Shown here: positions 28,482 through 38,907 of the stretch, piece by piece
Layout: each line of letters begins with the position of its first letter
How positions within the stretch are numbered: position 1 is the first letter of the stretch
Assembly (NCBI GenBank): GCA_902522415.1
Contig: CABYVI010000001.1
Span: forward strand, 9,067-73,066
Reading direction: 5' to 3'
From: an uncultured SAR116 cluster alpha proteobacterium
Lineage (GTDB): Bacteria > Pseudomonadota > Alphaproteobacteria > Puniceispirillales > GCA-002684695
Length of the DNA stretch: 64,000 bases
Translations under genes and position numbers: made by a program
Notes under the pieces: model-generated
The model's database searches: none
What the model was told of the DNA's origin: nothing
The model's input: only the letters and a program-made list of their open reading frames with translations

Positions 28482-29210
28482 ATGAATGAATTTAAAAATA
28501 AAGTTGCATTAATAACGGGAGCATCTGGGGCTATTGGAAAGGATATTGCTCAAGCTTTAAGTAAAAAAGGAGCTTCGGTCATCTTATGTGGAACAAGGCA
28601 AGATATTTTAGATGAAATTGCAAATGATTTAAATGGGTCAGTAAATATTATTTGTGAGAATTTAAAAAATACTGAAAAATTTGTAAAAGCTTTAGAAAAC
28701 ATCAATTTAAAAGTTGATATATTGATTAATAATGCAGGCGTAACTCAAGATAATCTTCTCGTAAGAATGAGTGAAGATGACATTGATAATGTAATTAATG
28801 TTAATTTAATCTCACTAATAAAAATTACGAAATTTTTACTAAAAAATATGATGAAACAAAAATATGGAAGAATAATATCTATTTCATCTGTTGTTGGTTT
28901 TACAGGTAATCCTGGACAAACTAATTACTGTGCATCTAAATCTGGTATAATTGGATTTACAAAATCTTTAGCTTTAGAGGTTGCATCAAGAGGAATTACT
29001 GTAAATACAATTGCACCTGGGTTTATTACTTCACCTATGACTGAAAAATTAAATGAAATTCAAAGAGAATCTGTAACCTCTAAGATACCAGTTCAAAGAT
29101 TAGGAGATCCCTCCGATATTACTAATGCTGCGCTATTTTTAGCAAATGAAAAGTCTTCTTATATTACTGGAAATACAATCCATGTTAATGGTGGTCTAGC
29201 AATGATTTAA
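28482..29210 (+). CDS. fabG: 3-oxoacyl-ACP reductase
   Basis: 242 aa. It has TGASGAIGKDIA, NNAG, the catalytic YCASKSG and C-terminal HVNGGLAM. It lies between fabD and acpP. Confidence 0.9.
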   Translation: MNEFKNKVALITGASGAIGKDIAQALSKKGASVILCGTRQDILDEIANDLNGSVNIICENLKNTEKFVKALENINLKVDILINNAGVTQDNLLVRMSEDDIDNVINVNLISLIKITKFLLKNMMKQKYGRIISISSVVGFTGNPGQTNYCASKSGIIGFTKSLALEVASRGITVNTIAPGFITSPMTEKLNEIQRESVTSKIPVQRLGDPSDITNAALFLANEKSSYITGNTIHVNGGLAMI

Positions 29211-29307
29211 TAATTTTTTTAAAAAAAATAAAAATAATTCTAGTTTTTATTAATTATATATGCTAATTGCCACGCGATTTGTAAATAAAACTTTAAGTGA
29301 GGAAAAA

Positions 29308-29538
29308 ATGAGTAATACATCTGAAAGAGTTAAAAAAATTGTAGTTGAACATCTTGGTATTGATGAGGATAAGGTAAATGATTCAGCTTCATTTATTGAT
29401 GATCTTGGTGCAGATAGTCTAGATACTGTTGAATTAGTTATGGCTTTTGAAGAGGAATTTGAAATTGAAATACCTGATGATGCTGCTGAAAAGATACAAA
29501 CAATTAAAGATGCTATCGATTTCATAGAAGCCGCTTAA
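29308..29538 (+). CDS. acpP: Acyl carrier protein
   Basis: The phosphopantetheine site is [23 protein letters not shown] 29308 ([12 protein letters not shown]) is preceded by GTGAGGAAAAA. The track start at 29260 adds a non-homologous extension. Confidence 0.95.
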   Translation: MSNTSERVKKIVVEHLGIDEDKVNDSASFIDDLGADSLDTVELVMAFEEEFEIEIPDDAAEKIQTIKDAIDFIEAA

Positions 29539-29544
29539 ATATTC

Positions 29545-30816
29545 ATGTTTAATCGGAGGGTAGTTGTAACTGGTATTGGGCTCGTTACCCCATTAGGTCT
29601 TGGTCAGGATTATAATTGGTCAAAACTTTTAAAGGGGGAAAGTGGAATTAGTCTGTTAAGTTCATTTGATGCTTCTGATCTTGCAAGTAAAATAGGCGGT
29701 GAAATTCCTTCTGGGCATTCTAATGAAGGTAAATTAGACTTAGATGAATTTTTTGATACCAAAGAGCAAAGAAAATTAGACAGATTCATAATGTTGGGTT
29801 TAGTAGCTGCACAAGAGGCTGTTTTTGACTCACAAATTAATCTATCTGATGAAAGTATTTTAAATAATACTGGAGTAATAGTTGGATCTGGTATTGGTGG
29901 TTTAAAAACTATCTCTGAAACTTCAATTTTATTAGAAGAAAAGGGCCCTAGAAGGATCTCACCTTTTTTTATTCCTTCATCATTGATTAATTTAATATCC
30001 GGTCAAATTTCGATCAAATATGGTTTTCAAGGTCCTAATCATTCTGTTGTAACCGCTTGTTCAACTGGGAGTCATGCAATTGGTGATGCTTCAAGAATAA
30101 TTTCAACTGGTGATGCTGAAATAATGATAGCTGGTGGTGCTGAAGCTGCAATTTGCAAACTGGGAGTTGCAGGCTTTGCAGCTGCAAGAGCATTATCTAC
30201 ATCTTTCAATGAAAACCCAACAAAGGCCTCAAGGCCATGGGATACTGATAGAGATGGATTTGTTATGGGTGAGGGTTCAGGGGTCATTGTCTTAGAAGAA
30301 TATGAACATGCAAAGAAAAGAAATGCTAAGATATATGCCGAGATTATAGGTTACGGTATGTCAGGTGATGCTTATCATATTACAGCTCCAGAACCATCTG
30401 GTTTAGGGGCCTTGCAATCAATGAAAAATGCTCTAAATAATGCAAAATTAAATGCAACTGATATTAATTATATTAATGCTCATGGAACATCAACACCTCT
30501 TGGAGATTTAATTGAACTTGAAGCAGTTTTTAAATTATTCGATGGTAATATTCAAGATTTGGTGATGTCTAGCACAAAGTCATCAATAGGCCATCTTTTA
30601 GGTGCTGCAGGTGCCGTTGAGGCTATTTATTCAATTTTAGCCATGAAGAATAGTATTGTTCCTCCAACAATAAATCTAGAAAATAAAGCAGAAGAGGCCA
30701 AGAATTTTAATTTAGTTCCAAACATTCCAATAGAGAAAGAAATTAATTATTGTTTATCTAATTCTTTTGGTTTTGGGGGTACAAATGCATCGTTAGTGTT
30801 TAAAAAAATTAATTAA
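29545..30816 (+). CDS. fabF: Beta-ketoacyl-ACP synthase II
   Basis: 423 aa. It has the active-site Cys in ACSTGSHAIG, plus HGTSTPLGD, GHLLGAAGAVE and NSFGFGGTNASLVF. Confidence 0.95.
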   Translation: MFNRRVVVTGIGLVTPLGLGQDYNWSKLLKGESGISLLSSFDASDLASKIGGEIPSGHSNEGKLDLDEFFDTKEQRKLDRFIMLGLVAAQEAVFDSQINLSDESILNNTGVIVGSGIGGLKTISETSILLEEKGPRRISPFFIPSSLINLISGQISIKYGFQGPNHSVVTACSTGSHAIGDASRIISTGDAEIMIAGGAEAAICKLGVAGFAAARALSTSFNENPTKASRPWDTDRDGFVMGEGSGVIVLEEYEHAKKRNAKIYAEIIGYGMSGDAYHITAPEPSGLGALQSMKNALNNAKLNATDINYINAHGTSTPLGDLIELEAVFKLFDGNIQDLVMSSTKSSIGHLLGAAGAVEAIYSILAMKNSIVPPTINLENKAEEAKNFNLVPNIPIEKEINYCLSNSFGFGGTNASLVFKKIN

Positions 30817-31877
30817 TGAGTTCCCTAAAAAGTATACTTTTAAATATTTTAATAATAATTTTCTTACTATTATCTGTATTTATTTATTTTTATGTACATT
30901 TATCTAATGAAATTAAGAAACCCTTAAGAACATATGAAGATAATATAATAATTGAAATAAAAAATGGTTATAATTCAAAAAATATTTTCAAAGTACTAAA
31001 TAAAAGTAACATCATAAATAATAAGCTTATTTATAAATTCGGTATTTTATATAAAAAAAAGAATTACCTTCCTAAGTATGGACAATACAAAATTCAAAAA
31101 AACTTAAGTCTTTTAGAGATTTTTGAAATATTTAATAATGGTGAGTCAATACAGCATAAAATAACTATCCCAGAGGGTTTGATCACGAATGAGATTTTAT
31201 CAATTATTGAAAGAAATAAAATTTTATCTGGAGAAATAGACCCATCCTTTTCTGAATTAGAAGGAATATTTTTTCCTGAAACATACTTTTTTACTAAAGG
31301 GTATAGTAGAAATGACCTTCTTTTAAGAATGAAGAGTAAAATGAATAAGGAACTTGATTATGAGTGGAAAAATCGGCAAAAAAATTTGCCATATAAAAGT
31401 AAATATGATGCATTAAAAATTGCAAGTATTATTGAAAGTGAAACTGGTGTAGACTCAGAAAGAAAATTGATTTCATCTGTATTTATAAATAGATTGATTA
31501 AAAATATGAAACTTCAATCGGACCCAACTGTAAAATATGGTCTAGAGAAAAAAAATATTAATCAAATTAAGATAATTAAAAGATCTCATCTTAGATTAGA
31601 TCATGCCTGGAATACTTACACAAGACGGGGTTTGCCCTTAACTCCTATCTGTAATCCAGGTAAGAAATCTATTATAGCAGCACTTAATCCTGTCAAAACT
31701 GATTATTTTTATTTTGTTGCTGATAATAAAGGAGGCCATCTTTTTGCTAAGTCATTAAAAGATCATAATATTAATATTTTATATTTAAAAAATAAAAAAT
31801 TAATAAAGCTTAATGATAATAAATCTATATTTTCAGGTGATAATAATTTACCATTGGAAAAACCTTTTAGAAAATAG
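30816..31877 (+). CDS. mltG: Endolytic murein transglycosylase MltG (YceG family)
   Basis: 353 aa. An N-terminal TM is followed by the YceG-like domain with EGIFFPETYFF, LKIASIIESE, LQSDPTVKY, YNTY and GLP..PI.NPG. Confidence 0.85.
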   Translation: MSSLKSILLNILIIIFLLLSVFIYFYVHLSNEIKKPLRTYEDNIIIEIKNGYNSKNIFKVLNKSNIINNKLIYKFGILYKKKNYLPKYGQYKIQKNLSLLEIFEIFNNGESIQHKITIPEGLITNEILSIIERNKILSGEIDPSFSELEGIFFPETYFFTKGYSRNDLLLRMKSKMNKELDYEWKNRQKNLPYKSKYDALKIASIIESETGVDSERKLISSVFINRLIKNMKLQSDPTVKYGLEKKNINQIKIIKRSHLRLDHAWNTYTRRGLPLTPICNPGKKSIIAALNPVKTDYFYFVADNKGGHLFAKSLKDHNINILYLKNKKLIKLNDNKSIFSGDNNLPLEKPFRK

Positions 31878-31891
31878 TTTGTAGTAAAAGT

Positions 31892-32518
31892 ATGGAAAAA
31901 CTTAGACGACGTGGAACTTTATTCGTTCTCTCTTCACCATCAGGTGCAGGAAAATCTAGCATAGCAAAATATATTCTAAAAAATGACAAATCTATAAGTT
32001 TAAGTGTTTCATGTACAACTAGAAATAAAAGGCAAGGTGAAGTAAAAGGTAAAGATTATCAATATATCTCAATCTCAGAATTTAAAAATAAAATAAAAGA
32101 AGGTTTTTTTTTAGAGTGGGCTAAAGTATTTGGCAATTTTTATGGTACTCCACGTAATAATGTAGAAGATAGAATTTCTAGAGGTTTAGATGTACTATTT
32201 GATATTGATTGGCAAGGTACACAGCAATTATCAGGTAATGATGGCTTTGATGTAGTTACAATATTTATTTTGCCACCAACAAAGAAAGAACTTGAAAAAA
32301 GACTGAACAATAGGGCTCAGGATACAGCTTTTGAAGTAAATAAAAGGATGCTTCAAGCAAGTGATGAGATAAGTCATTACATGGAATATAATTATATTAT
32401 AATTAATAATGATTTAGAAAAGGCATCCCAGGAAGTATTAAGTATTATAAAAGCTGAAAGGCTCAAAAGAAAACGATATATAAACTTAAATAATTTTGTT
32501 AAGTTTTTACGGGCTTAA
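31892..32518 (+). CDS. gmk: Guanylate kinase
   Basis: 208 aa. It has the P-loop SSPSGAGKSS, plus TTR..R.GE..G.DY.F, FLEWA and YGT. Confidence 0.95.
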   Translation: MEKLRRRGTLFVLSSPSGAGKSSIAKYILKNDKSISLSVSCTTRNKRQGEVKGKDYQYISISEFKNKIKEGFFLEWAKVFGNFYGTPRNNVEDRISRGLDVLFDIDWQGTQQLSGNDGFDVVTIFILPPTKKELEKRLNNRAQDTAFEVNKRMLQASDEISHYMEYNYIIINNDLEKASQEVLSIIKAERLKRKRYINLNNFVKFLRA

Positions 32519-33364
32519 ATTCTTATCAATAATATTACTCAAATTACAATAGTCTTTTAATGATAGGTTTTCTGCTCTTAAACCATTATTGATACCCGCT
32601 AAATCCAATAATTTTACTCCACCTAGAAGCTTTAAGCTTTGTCTTAGTGTTTTTCTTCTATTTCCAAAAGCGTGCCTAATAACCTTCTCAAAAGTAATGA
32701 GATTAACATTAAATCTTAGTTTTTCTAAGGGTGTAATTTTTATTACACAAGAAACAACTTTAGGTTTTGGATAAAAATTTTCTGGAGCAAGTTCAAAAAC
32801 CTTATTAATATCCGACAAAAGTTTTGTAAATACTGACAATCTTCCATATTTCTTTGAATTTTCATCAGCTATTAATCTATCCGCTAATTCTTTTTGTACT
32901 GTAATTAAAATATTTTCAATAAAAATATTACTATTTAAAAATATTTCCTTTAGCCAAGATGTGATTAATTTAGAGGAAATATTATAAGGTAAATTACCAA
33001 TAATTGTCTTTGGAAAAGGTCCTAAATCACCTAATGATAAACTTAAAATATCATTATTTATTAAACTTAATTTGTCGCCAGCTATTTTTTTCAAGTCAGA
33101 GAGGCATCTCATCATTTTTATATCTTTTTCGATTGCAACAACTGAATTTGCTCCATAGTTTAAAACTGATCGAGTTAGACTACCGGGTCCAGGGCCAACT
33201 TCAATAATATTTTTTTGATAGCAACTAATTGATTTAGCAATCTTATTTGTAACATTCAAATCTAATATAAAATTTTGTCCCAAACTTTTTTTTGGATAAA
33301 TACTATTTTTTGTTAGTGTTTCCCTTATTGAAGGAAGTTCCAAAATTTTACTATTGAGGCTCAT
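32507..33364 (-). CDS. rsmA: 16S rRNA (adenine1518/1519-N6)-dimethyltransferase
   Basis: 285 aa. It has LGQNFILD, the SAM motif EVGPGPGSLT and GNLPYNISS. It is convergent with gmk, with a 12-nt overlap. Confidence 0.9.
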   Translation of the reverse strand: MSLNSKILELPSIRETLTKNSIYPKKSLGQNFILDLNVTNKIAKSISCYQKNIIEVGPGPGSLTRSVLNYGANSVVAIEKDIKMMRCLSDLKKIAGDKLSLINNDILSLSLGDLGPFPKTIIGNLPYNISSKLITSWLKEIFLNSNIFIENILITVQKELADRLIADENSKKYGRLSVFTKLLSDINKVFELAPENFYPKPKVVSCVIKITPLEKLRFNVNLITFEKVIRHAFGNRRKTLRQSLKLLGGVKLLDLAGINNGLRAENLSLKDYCNLSNIIDKNLSP

Positions 33365-33368
33365 TCAA

Positions 33369-34634
33369 CTAATCAATTTTTTCAATATACGAAGTTCTTT
33401 TCAATCTATTTATATATCTATCTGATAATTGTACGAATAACTTTCCTTCAAGTTCTCTCTTTATATCATCTTTAGCCCTCAGACCAATATCAGGAAGATA
33501 TCTATCACAAACCATAAGAGATATTAGTCCATTTTTAGTAACAATTGGATCACTTTTTTCATACTTTTTTAAGAATAGTACTTCATTTTTAATTTTTTCA
33601 TTAAGATTGTAGATTTGAAACTTACCGCTCTCTGCAATATTTTTATTTCCATAACCAATATGAAGAGCTTTAAATTGGTTGCAATCATTTATAGTCATTA
33701 TATCTTTTTTTAATTTTATTTTTGCCTTTTCAATATCATTTTTATTAGAAGATTTTAAAGGATAGAGCAATTTAACTAATTCTAAAATAGTTTCAAGTTC
33801 ATCTCTTTGACCATTTGTAATTTTTCCTTCAAGCTTCAATATTGCAAAATAATTTTTTGTTTCTATAGGGTTACTAATTTGCCCAACTTTAAGAGTTTCA
33901 ATTTCTTTTAAATAATCAGAAGTTATATTTTCTTTTTGAATCCATCCTAAACGACCACTATTTTTTCTACTTTCAGATGAAGAAAATTGTTTAGCAAGTG
34001 AATGAAAATTCGCTCCATTATTTATACTTTGAACAATGTTTTTTATCAAAAGCCTAGATTTTTCACTATTTGTATTATCTTTTTTTGTAATTATAATTTC
34101 TGACAATTTAAAATGAGGTTTTTGAAAATTATATTCTAGTTCATTAAGTTTACTTTTAACTTCTTCTTCTATTTTCATAAATTGTTTTTCATACTTGGAT
34201 TTTATAATAGATGACCAAATTACATCTGCTGTAAATAGTCTTAAAAAATGTTGGTATGATGCACCAAAAGTTTTTAAATTCTTTTCAATTTTCTCTCTTT
34301 CAGGACCAAAATTTAATTGTAATAGGTTTTCAGCTTTTTTCTCCGCTCTTGAAATTAAATTTGGGTTTATTCTTCGAGCCTCTTGAAATTTTAATTCTTC
34401 TTCTATTAAGGTATTAATTATTGCGTCTTTAAATTTAATTTTGTTATCAGAGTTTTTATCTAAATTTGATTCTGTAAGAAATATGTTTAGACGTTCATTT
34501 AAATCAAATGTAGTTATTGGAATGCCGTTTATAATAGAGATGATTTTTGATTTATTTTCAAATGCAAAAGAGTTTGAACAGATTAACAAAAAAACTATTA
34601 AACTATAAAAGTACTTTGAGTATTTAGTAATCAT
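33369..34634 (-). CDS. surA: Periplasmic chaperone / peptidyl-prolyl isomerase SurA-like
   Basis: 421 aa. A signal peptide (LIVFLLICSNSFA) precedes a SurA_N-like region (INGIPITTFDL) and one parvulin-like domain (GRLGWIQKE......VGQISNPIET.NYFAILK). It lies between lptG and rsmA. Confidence 0.7.
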   Translation of the reverse strand: MITKYSKYFYSLIVFLLICSNSFAFENKSKIISIINGIPITTFDLNERLNIFLTESNLDKNSDNKIKFKDAIINTLIEEELKFQEARRINPNLISRAEKKAENLLQLNFGPEREKIEKNLKTFGASYQHFLRLFTADVIWSSIIKSKYEKQFMKIEEEVKSKLNELEYNFQKPHFKLSEIIITKKDNTNSEKSRLLIKNIVQSINNGANFHSLAKQFSSSESRKNSGRLGWIQKENITSDYLKEIETLKVGQISNPIETKNYFAILKLEGKITNGQRDELETILELVKLLYPLKSSNKNDIEKAKIKLKKDIMTINDCNQFKALHIGYGNKNIAESGKFQIYNLNEKIKNEVLFLKKYEKSDPIVTKNGLISLMVCDRYLPDIGLRAKDDIKRELEGKLFVQLSDRYINRLKRTSYIEKID

Positions 34635-34654
34635 TATAAAACCTATAAACCTTC

Positions 34655-35746
34655 TTATTCTTCAATTAATGAGATAATTAATAACCCAAGAATAAGTAAA
34701 ACAATTGACGGTATCCAAGTAGCTAAAATTATTGGCATCTGTTCTGATGCCCCGAGAGCAATAAAAAGTCTTTGAAAGAAAAAATATATAAAACTTCCAA
34801 TTATTGCAAATGAAATAGTTTTAACTGGAAGTAATCTGGAGTTTCTCCTGAAAATCAATGCACCGCAAATTATAACAATACCTATAAATGATATTGGTTG
34901 AGAGAAAATCTTATGGAAATATACTTTATACTCAGAGGAGGGAATGCCAGTGCTATCAAGTATTTTGATAAACTTAGGAATTTCAAAAACACTTAATGAG
35001 TATGGATTATTAGAGGTATATTTCAAATCATTTTTTGTTAATACACTTTTTATATTTAATTTTTTAGAAGAATTAAAACTTTCTCCGTTTACCATTGCAT
35101 TTTTCAAAATCCAACTATAATTTTCAAGATATGCCCAATCAGCATCTATTCTTTTAGTTGTCTGACCTTCAGAATTTTTTAGAAAAAAAACAGGTTTTTT
35201 AATTTTTGAATTTTCGGTATCAAGATAAACACCTTTAATGATTATTTCTCCAAGATTAGATCGGTCTCTAAGCCAAAGACCTTGGTTTGAAATTGTAATT
35301 GAGTATGCACCCTTTCCAAAAATTTTATCGTGGTGTATGGAGTAAACTTTTTGACTGAAAGCAATAGTAGGATTTAATAATAATACTGAAAAAATCCCAA
35401 AGATCATTGGAACTATTGATATAATAATAATTGATAACCAAAAACTTATTCCATTTATTCTTAGAATCAAAAATTCTTGTGTTTTTCTAATTTCTAGGAA
35501 ATATATAACAGAACCAAACAATATTGCATAAAATAATAATTCATCCGCTCTAAGTGGAATATTCTCTAATGTTAATAAAAGTATATCGTTAAACTTAACG
35601 TTGTCTTTTAATCTTGTTTTATTGTTAAGTTCAAATAAATCAATTAATGAAATAATTGAAATAAGCACAAACCAACAATAAATTATGATTTTTGAAAGTG
35701 AAAATAAAAAATAATTTATAATTGTAAAGTGATTATTTATGTACAT
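34655..35746 (-). CDS. lptG: LPS export ABC transporter permease LptG
   Basis: 363 aa in the YjgP/YjgQ permease family: 3 N-terminal TMs, a periplasmic beta-jellyroll-like insert and 3 C-terminal TMs. It is second of a tandem pair and overlaps lptF by 14 nt. Confidence 0.8.
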   Translation of the reverse strand: MYINNHFTIINYFLFSLSKIIIYCWFVLISIISLIDLFELNNKTRLKDNVKFNDILLLTLENIPLRADELLFYAILFGSVIYFLEIRKTQEFLILRINGISFWLSIIIISIVPMIFGIFSVLLLNPTIAFSQKVYSIHHDKIFGKGAYSITISNQGLWLRDRSNLGEIIIKGVYLDTENSKIKKPVFFLKNSEGQTTKRIDADWAYLENYSWILKNAMVNGESFNSSKKLNIKSVLTKNDLKYTSNNPYSLSVFEIPKFIKILDSTGIPSSEYKVYFHKIFSQPISFIGIVIICGALIFRRNSRLLPVKTISFAIIGSFIYFFFQRLFIALGASEQMPIILATWIPSIVLLILGLLIISLIEE

Positions 35747-36830
35747 TTTGTTTAATTAAATTTTGAAATATTAAAATATTATTTTTAAAAATTATTAATA
35801 GAAGGCTAAATATTACTGGCATTATCGGTATCAAGTAAAAACAAAACCATAAAGATGGATTATTTATTAAAACTCTCCTCATTGAAATTAACAATAGTTG
35901 AATAATCAATGATACTAATAAAGATGTTGTAATTAAGTATATTTGATTATTATATGATTTTGGGAAACAGAAAAAAAATACAAATACAATAATTGGTAAT
36001 GTTAGTGAGAGAAAAGGATAAGCTAATCTAAAATGAGCTTCTGCTTTTGAATTTAAGTCAGATTCATTCAATAGATTAATAATTGTTTTTTCATTCGCAT
36101 CTAGCCATCTAAATTTAGGGTCAAGATTTTTTCTTGTTATATTAATAGTATAATTCTTAAAAGATAATTCATTGAGTAGCGTGCCATTTAATTTAACTTC
36201 TCTTCTATTGCCCTCTATCAACTGAAAAATTGGTCCAGATGCGGTTAATACTATTTTTCCTTGTTTGGCAAATATATCAATCTCCTTATTTTTTTCTCTT
36301 GTATCATAAATAAAAACACCTTCTATACCAAACTTTGATATACGCTTATCAATTAAGATAGTTAGCCCATCTTCTAAATCATTAAAAACACCCTCTCTAA
36401 GAAAAATATGTGATATATTATTTCTTAATTCAAATTGTTTAGACTTAAATATGCTATATGCTTTAGGTATTATGTAAATATTGATTATTGATAAAAAAAT
36501 TAAATTAAAAAAACAAATCAATAGAATAGGCTTTAATAAAAGGTAGATATTTGCGCCGGAAAATTGGAAAATGAATATTTCCTTATCTGTTGTAAAACGG
36601 CTAAATGAAAAAATAACTGCTAATAGAGAGCTTATGGGAACAATCATTATTAACCATAAAGGTCCTGGCAATATAGAAATATACAAAAAGTCAAAGAGTG
36701 AAGCACCGTTTTTAATAACCAAGTCTAATTGTCTTAATGATTGAACTAACCAAATCATCGAAAAGAGAATTATTGTAATATTAATAGTATTTACAGCAAC
36801 ATGTCTAAATATATAATTTTGTAATATCAT
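35733..36830 (-). CDS. lptF: LPS export ABC transporter permease LptF
   Basis: 365 aa in the YjgP/YjgQ family. It is first of the tandem pair and divergent from pepA, as in many proteobacteria. Confidence 0.8.
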   Translation of the reverse strand: MILQNYIFRHVAVNTINITIILFSMIWLVQSLRQLDLVIKNGASLFDFLYISILPGPLWLIMIVPISSLLAVIFSFSRFTTDKEIFIFQFSGANIYLLLKPILLICFFNLIFLSIINIYIIPKAYSIFKSKQFELRNNISHIFLREGVFNDLEDGLTILIDKRISKFGIEGVFIYDTREKNKEIDIFAKQGKIVLTASGPIFQLIEGNRREVKLNGTLLNELSFKNYTINITRKNLDPKFRWLDANEKTIINLLNESDLNSKAEAHFRLAYPFLSLTLPIIVFVFFFCFPKSYNNQIYLITTSLLVSLIIQLLLISMRRVLINNPSLWFCFYLIPIMPVIFSLLLIIFKNNILIFQNLIKQNVHK

Positions 36831-36889
36831 AAATTATTATTTTATCTTCGTTTTAATTTTTATATATAATATTATAAAAATATAAATAT

Positions 36890-38380
36890 TTGGAGTTTAA
36901 TTTGCAATTTACTGTTATTGATATAAATGAGTTAATATTTAAAAAAAATGAATTATTTATATTTATAATTCAACCAAAAATAGAAATATCAACTTATTTA
37001 AAAAAAATTCAAAATAAATCAAAAATTGACATTAAAATAATTTTAGAAAATTCAAATTTTAAAGCTAAATTTGGTGAAAGCTTACTTATAAGATCATCTA
37101 ATCAACCAATATTATTATTTGGCTGTGATGATTTAATTTATACTAATTTAACTTATGAAAAACTTGGTGGAATTTTATTTTCTACAATTAAGGATTTAGG
37201 CTTTAAAACTGTTTCTTTAATAAGTGATTTAAAGATTTCTTCAGCCAAAGAAAAAAAGCTAATTTCAAAAATACTTTTCGGTATAAAATCTAAGTCCTAT
37301 GAATTTAAAAAATATAAAAATAATAATATTTCTGATAATAAAATTAAATTAAAATTTATAAAAATCTATTCAAAAAATCAAAGCTTCATTCAAAAACAAA
37401 TTGAAACTAATGGTCACATCCTTGGTGGAATATTTCTAACTAAAGATCTAACTTCAGAACCAGCAAATATTTTAACAACTGATGAATTTGTTAATCAAAT
37501 AAAGGCTTTTAGTGAGATTGGAATAGAAGTTGAAATTTTGGATGAAGATCAAATGAATAAATTAGGTATGAATGCTCTGCTTGGAGTTGGAAAGGGTAGT
37601 AAAAGCAAAAGTTATCTTGGTGTAATGAGGTGGAATGGAAATAAAAAAGAAAAGAAAAATATAGCATTTGTTGGTAAAGGTGTTTGCTTTGACTCTGGTG
37701 GTTTATCATTAAAGTCTGGTAGAGGTATGATGGATATGAAGGAAGATATGGGTGGTGCAGGCATTGTTATGGGAGCAATGAAATCAATAGCTTTACAAAA
37801 ATTAAAAACCAACATAATCGGTGTAGTCGGCCTTGTTGAAAATATGCCAGATGCCAATGCTCAAAGACCTGGTGATGTTGTCAGGTCTATGTCCGGTAAA
37901 ACAATTGAGATTTTAAACACTGATGCTGAAGGAAGATTAGTTCTTGCAGATGCCTTATATTATACAAATAAAAAATATAAACCTGAATTTATCATTAATT
38001 TGGCAACTTTAACAGGAGCTATTATTTCTGCTCTTGGTAATGAGAGAGCAGGTCTATTCTCAAATAATGATAATCTATCGAAGTCAATTTTTGATATTGG
38101 TGAGGAAACTGGTGATCTTGTTTGGAAAATGCCTCTTGATAAAATTTATGGTGCTAAAATGAAAAGTAGTATTGCGGATTTAAAGAACATAGGCACAGCA
38201 GAGGGTTCATCAATTCAAGCCGCTTCTTTTCTAAAAAATTTTATAGGAACTACTCCATGGGCTCACTTAGATGTAGCTGGTGTAGTGTGGAAAAATAATC
38301 AAACTGAATTACATTCCGGGGGTGCGACCGGATGGGGTGTAAAACTTTTATTTGAAATTGCAAAAAGACAAAAATATTAA
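36890..38380 (+). CDS. pepA: Leucyl aminopeptidase (M17)
   Basis: 496 aa. It has the M17 signature NTDAEGRLVLAD, plus VGKGVCFDSGG and LATLTGA. The start is a TTG codon (36890 or in-frame TTG 36902), and no N-terminal ATG is available. Confidence 0.9.
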   Translation: MEFNLQFTVIDINELIFKKNELFIFIIQPKIEISTYLKKIQNKSKIDIKIILENSNFKAKFGESLLIRSSNQPILLFGCDDLIYTNLTYEKLGGILFSTIKDLGFKTVSLISDLKISSAKEKKLISKILFGIKSKSYEFKKYKNNNISDNKIKLKFIKIYSKNQSFIQKQIETNGHILGGIFLTKDLTSEPANILTTDEFVNQIKAFSEIGIEVEILDEDQMNKLGMNALLGVGKGSKSKSYLGVMRWNGNKKEKKNIAFVGKGVCFDSGGLSLKSGRGMMDMKEDMGGAGIVMGAMKSIALQKLKTNIIGVVGLVENMPDANAQRPGDVVRSMSGKTIEILNTDAEGRLVLADALYYTNKKYKPEFIINLATLTGAIISALGNERAGLFSNNDNLSKSIFDIGEETGDLVWKMPLDKIYGAKMKSSIADLKNIGTAEGSSIQAASFLKNFIGTTPWAHLDVAGVVWKNNQTELHSGGATGWGVKLLFEIAKRQKY

Positions 38381-38478
38381 ATGTTGTTTAGAAACTTTTA
38401 AATATAAAGATTTTAAATTTAAGTGTATTCAAATAATTTGAATTCTGTTATTAAAAATTAAAAACAAGGATATTGCAC

Positions 38479-38901
38479 ATGACAATTCAGCAAACATTAT
38501 CAATTATTAAACCTGACGCTACTAAAAGAAATCTAATTGGTATTATTGTATCAAAACTAGAAAGTTCAGGTCTAAAAGTTATCGCACAAAAAAAAATACA
38601 ATTAACAGAATTACAAGCAAAACAATTTTATAAAGTGCATGAGGAAAGACCGTTTTATAATGATTTAGTTAAATTTATGATTTCTGGGCCTGTAGTTGTT
38701 CAGGTTCTAGAAGGTAAAAATGCTGTTATTAAAAATCGTCAAGTTATGGGTGCAACAAATCCAGAGGAAGCTGAGGAAGGTACAATAAGAAAAGAGTTTG
38801 CTGAGAGCCTTGAAGCAAACTCTGTTCATGGATCAGATTCTATAGAAAATGCACATCAAGAAATTTCTTTTTTCTTCTCTAAGATAGAATTGGTTCATTA
38901 A
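38479..38901 (+). CDS. ndk: Nucleoside-diphosphate kinase
   Basis: It has TLSIIKPDA and the active-site [11 protein letters not shown] 38479 ([13 protein letters not shown]) is preferred over the upstream TTG 38473. Confidence 0.95.
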   Translation: MTIQQTLSIIKPDATKRNLIGIIVSKLESSGLKVIAQKKIQLTELQAKQFYKVHEERPFYNDLVKFMISGPVVVQVLEGKNAVIKNRQVMGATNPEEAEEGTIRKEFAESLEANSVHGSDSIENAHQEISFFFSKIELVH

Positions 38902-38907
38902 ATTATT

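Noticed and set aside
38427-38443. Short AT-only palindromes in spacers, considered as terminators or operators. Examples: ATTCAAAT-A-ATTTGAAT at 38427-38443, AAAACTATAGTTTT near 46744-46757, TAATTAG-TTG-CTAATTA near 26140, and a TATATAG-TTT-TATATAG direct repeat near 60644.
   Set aside because: In spacers that are almost entirely A/T, such short symmetric strings are expected by chance. Their stems would be very weak. Only the longer perfect repeats (14425-14457, 52286-52310, 59507-59539) were kept.
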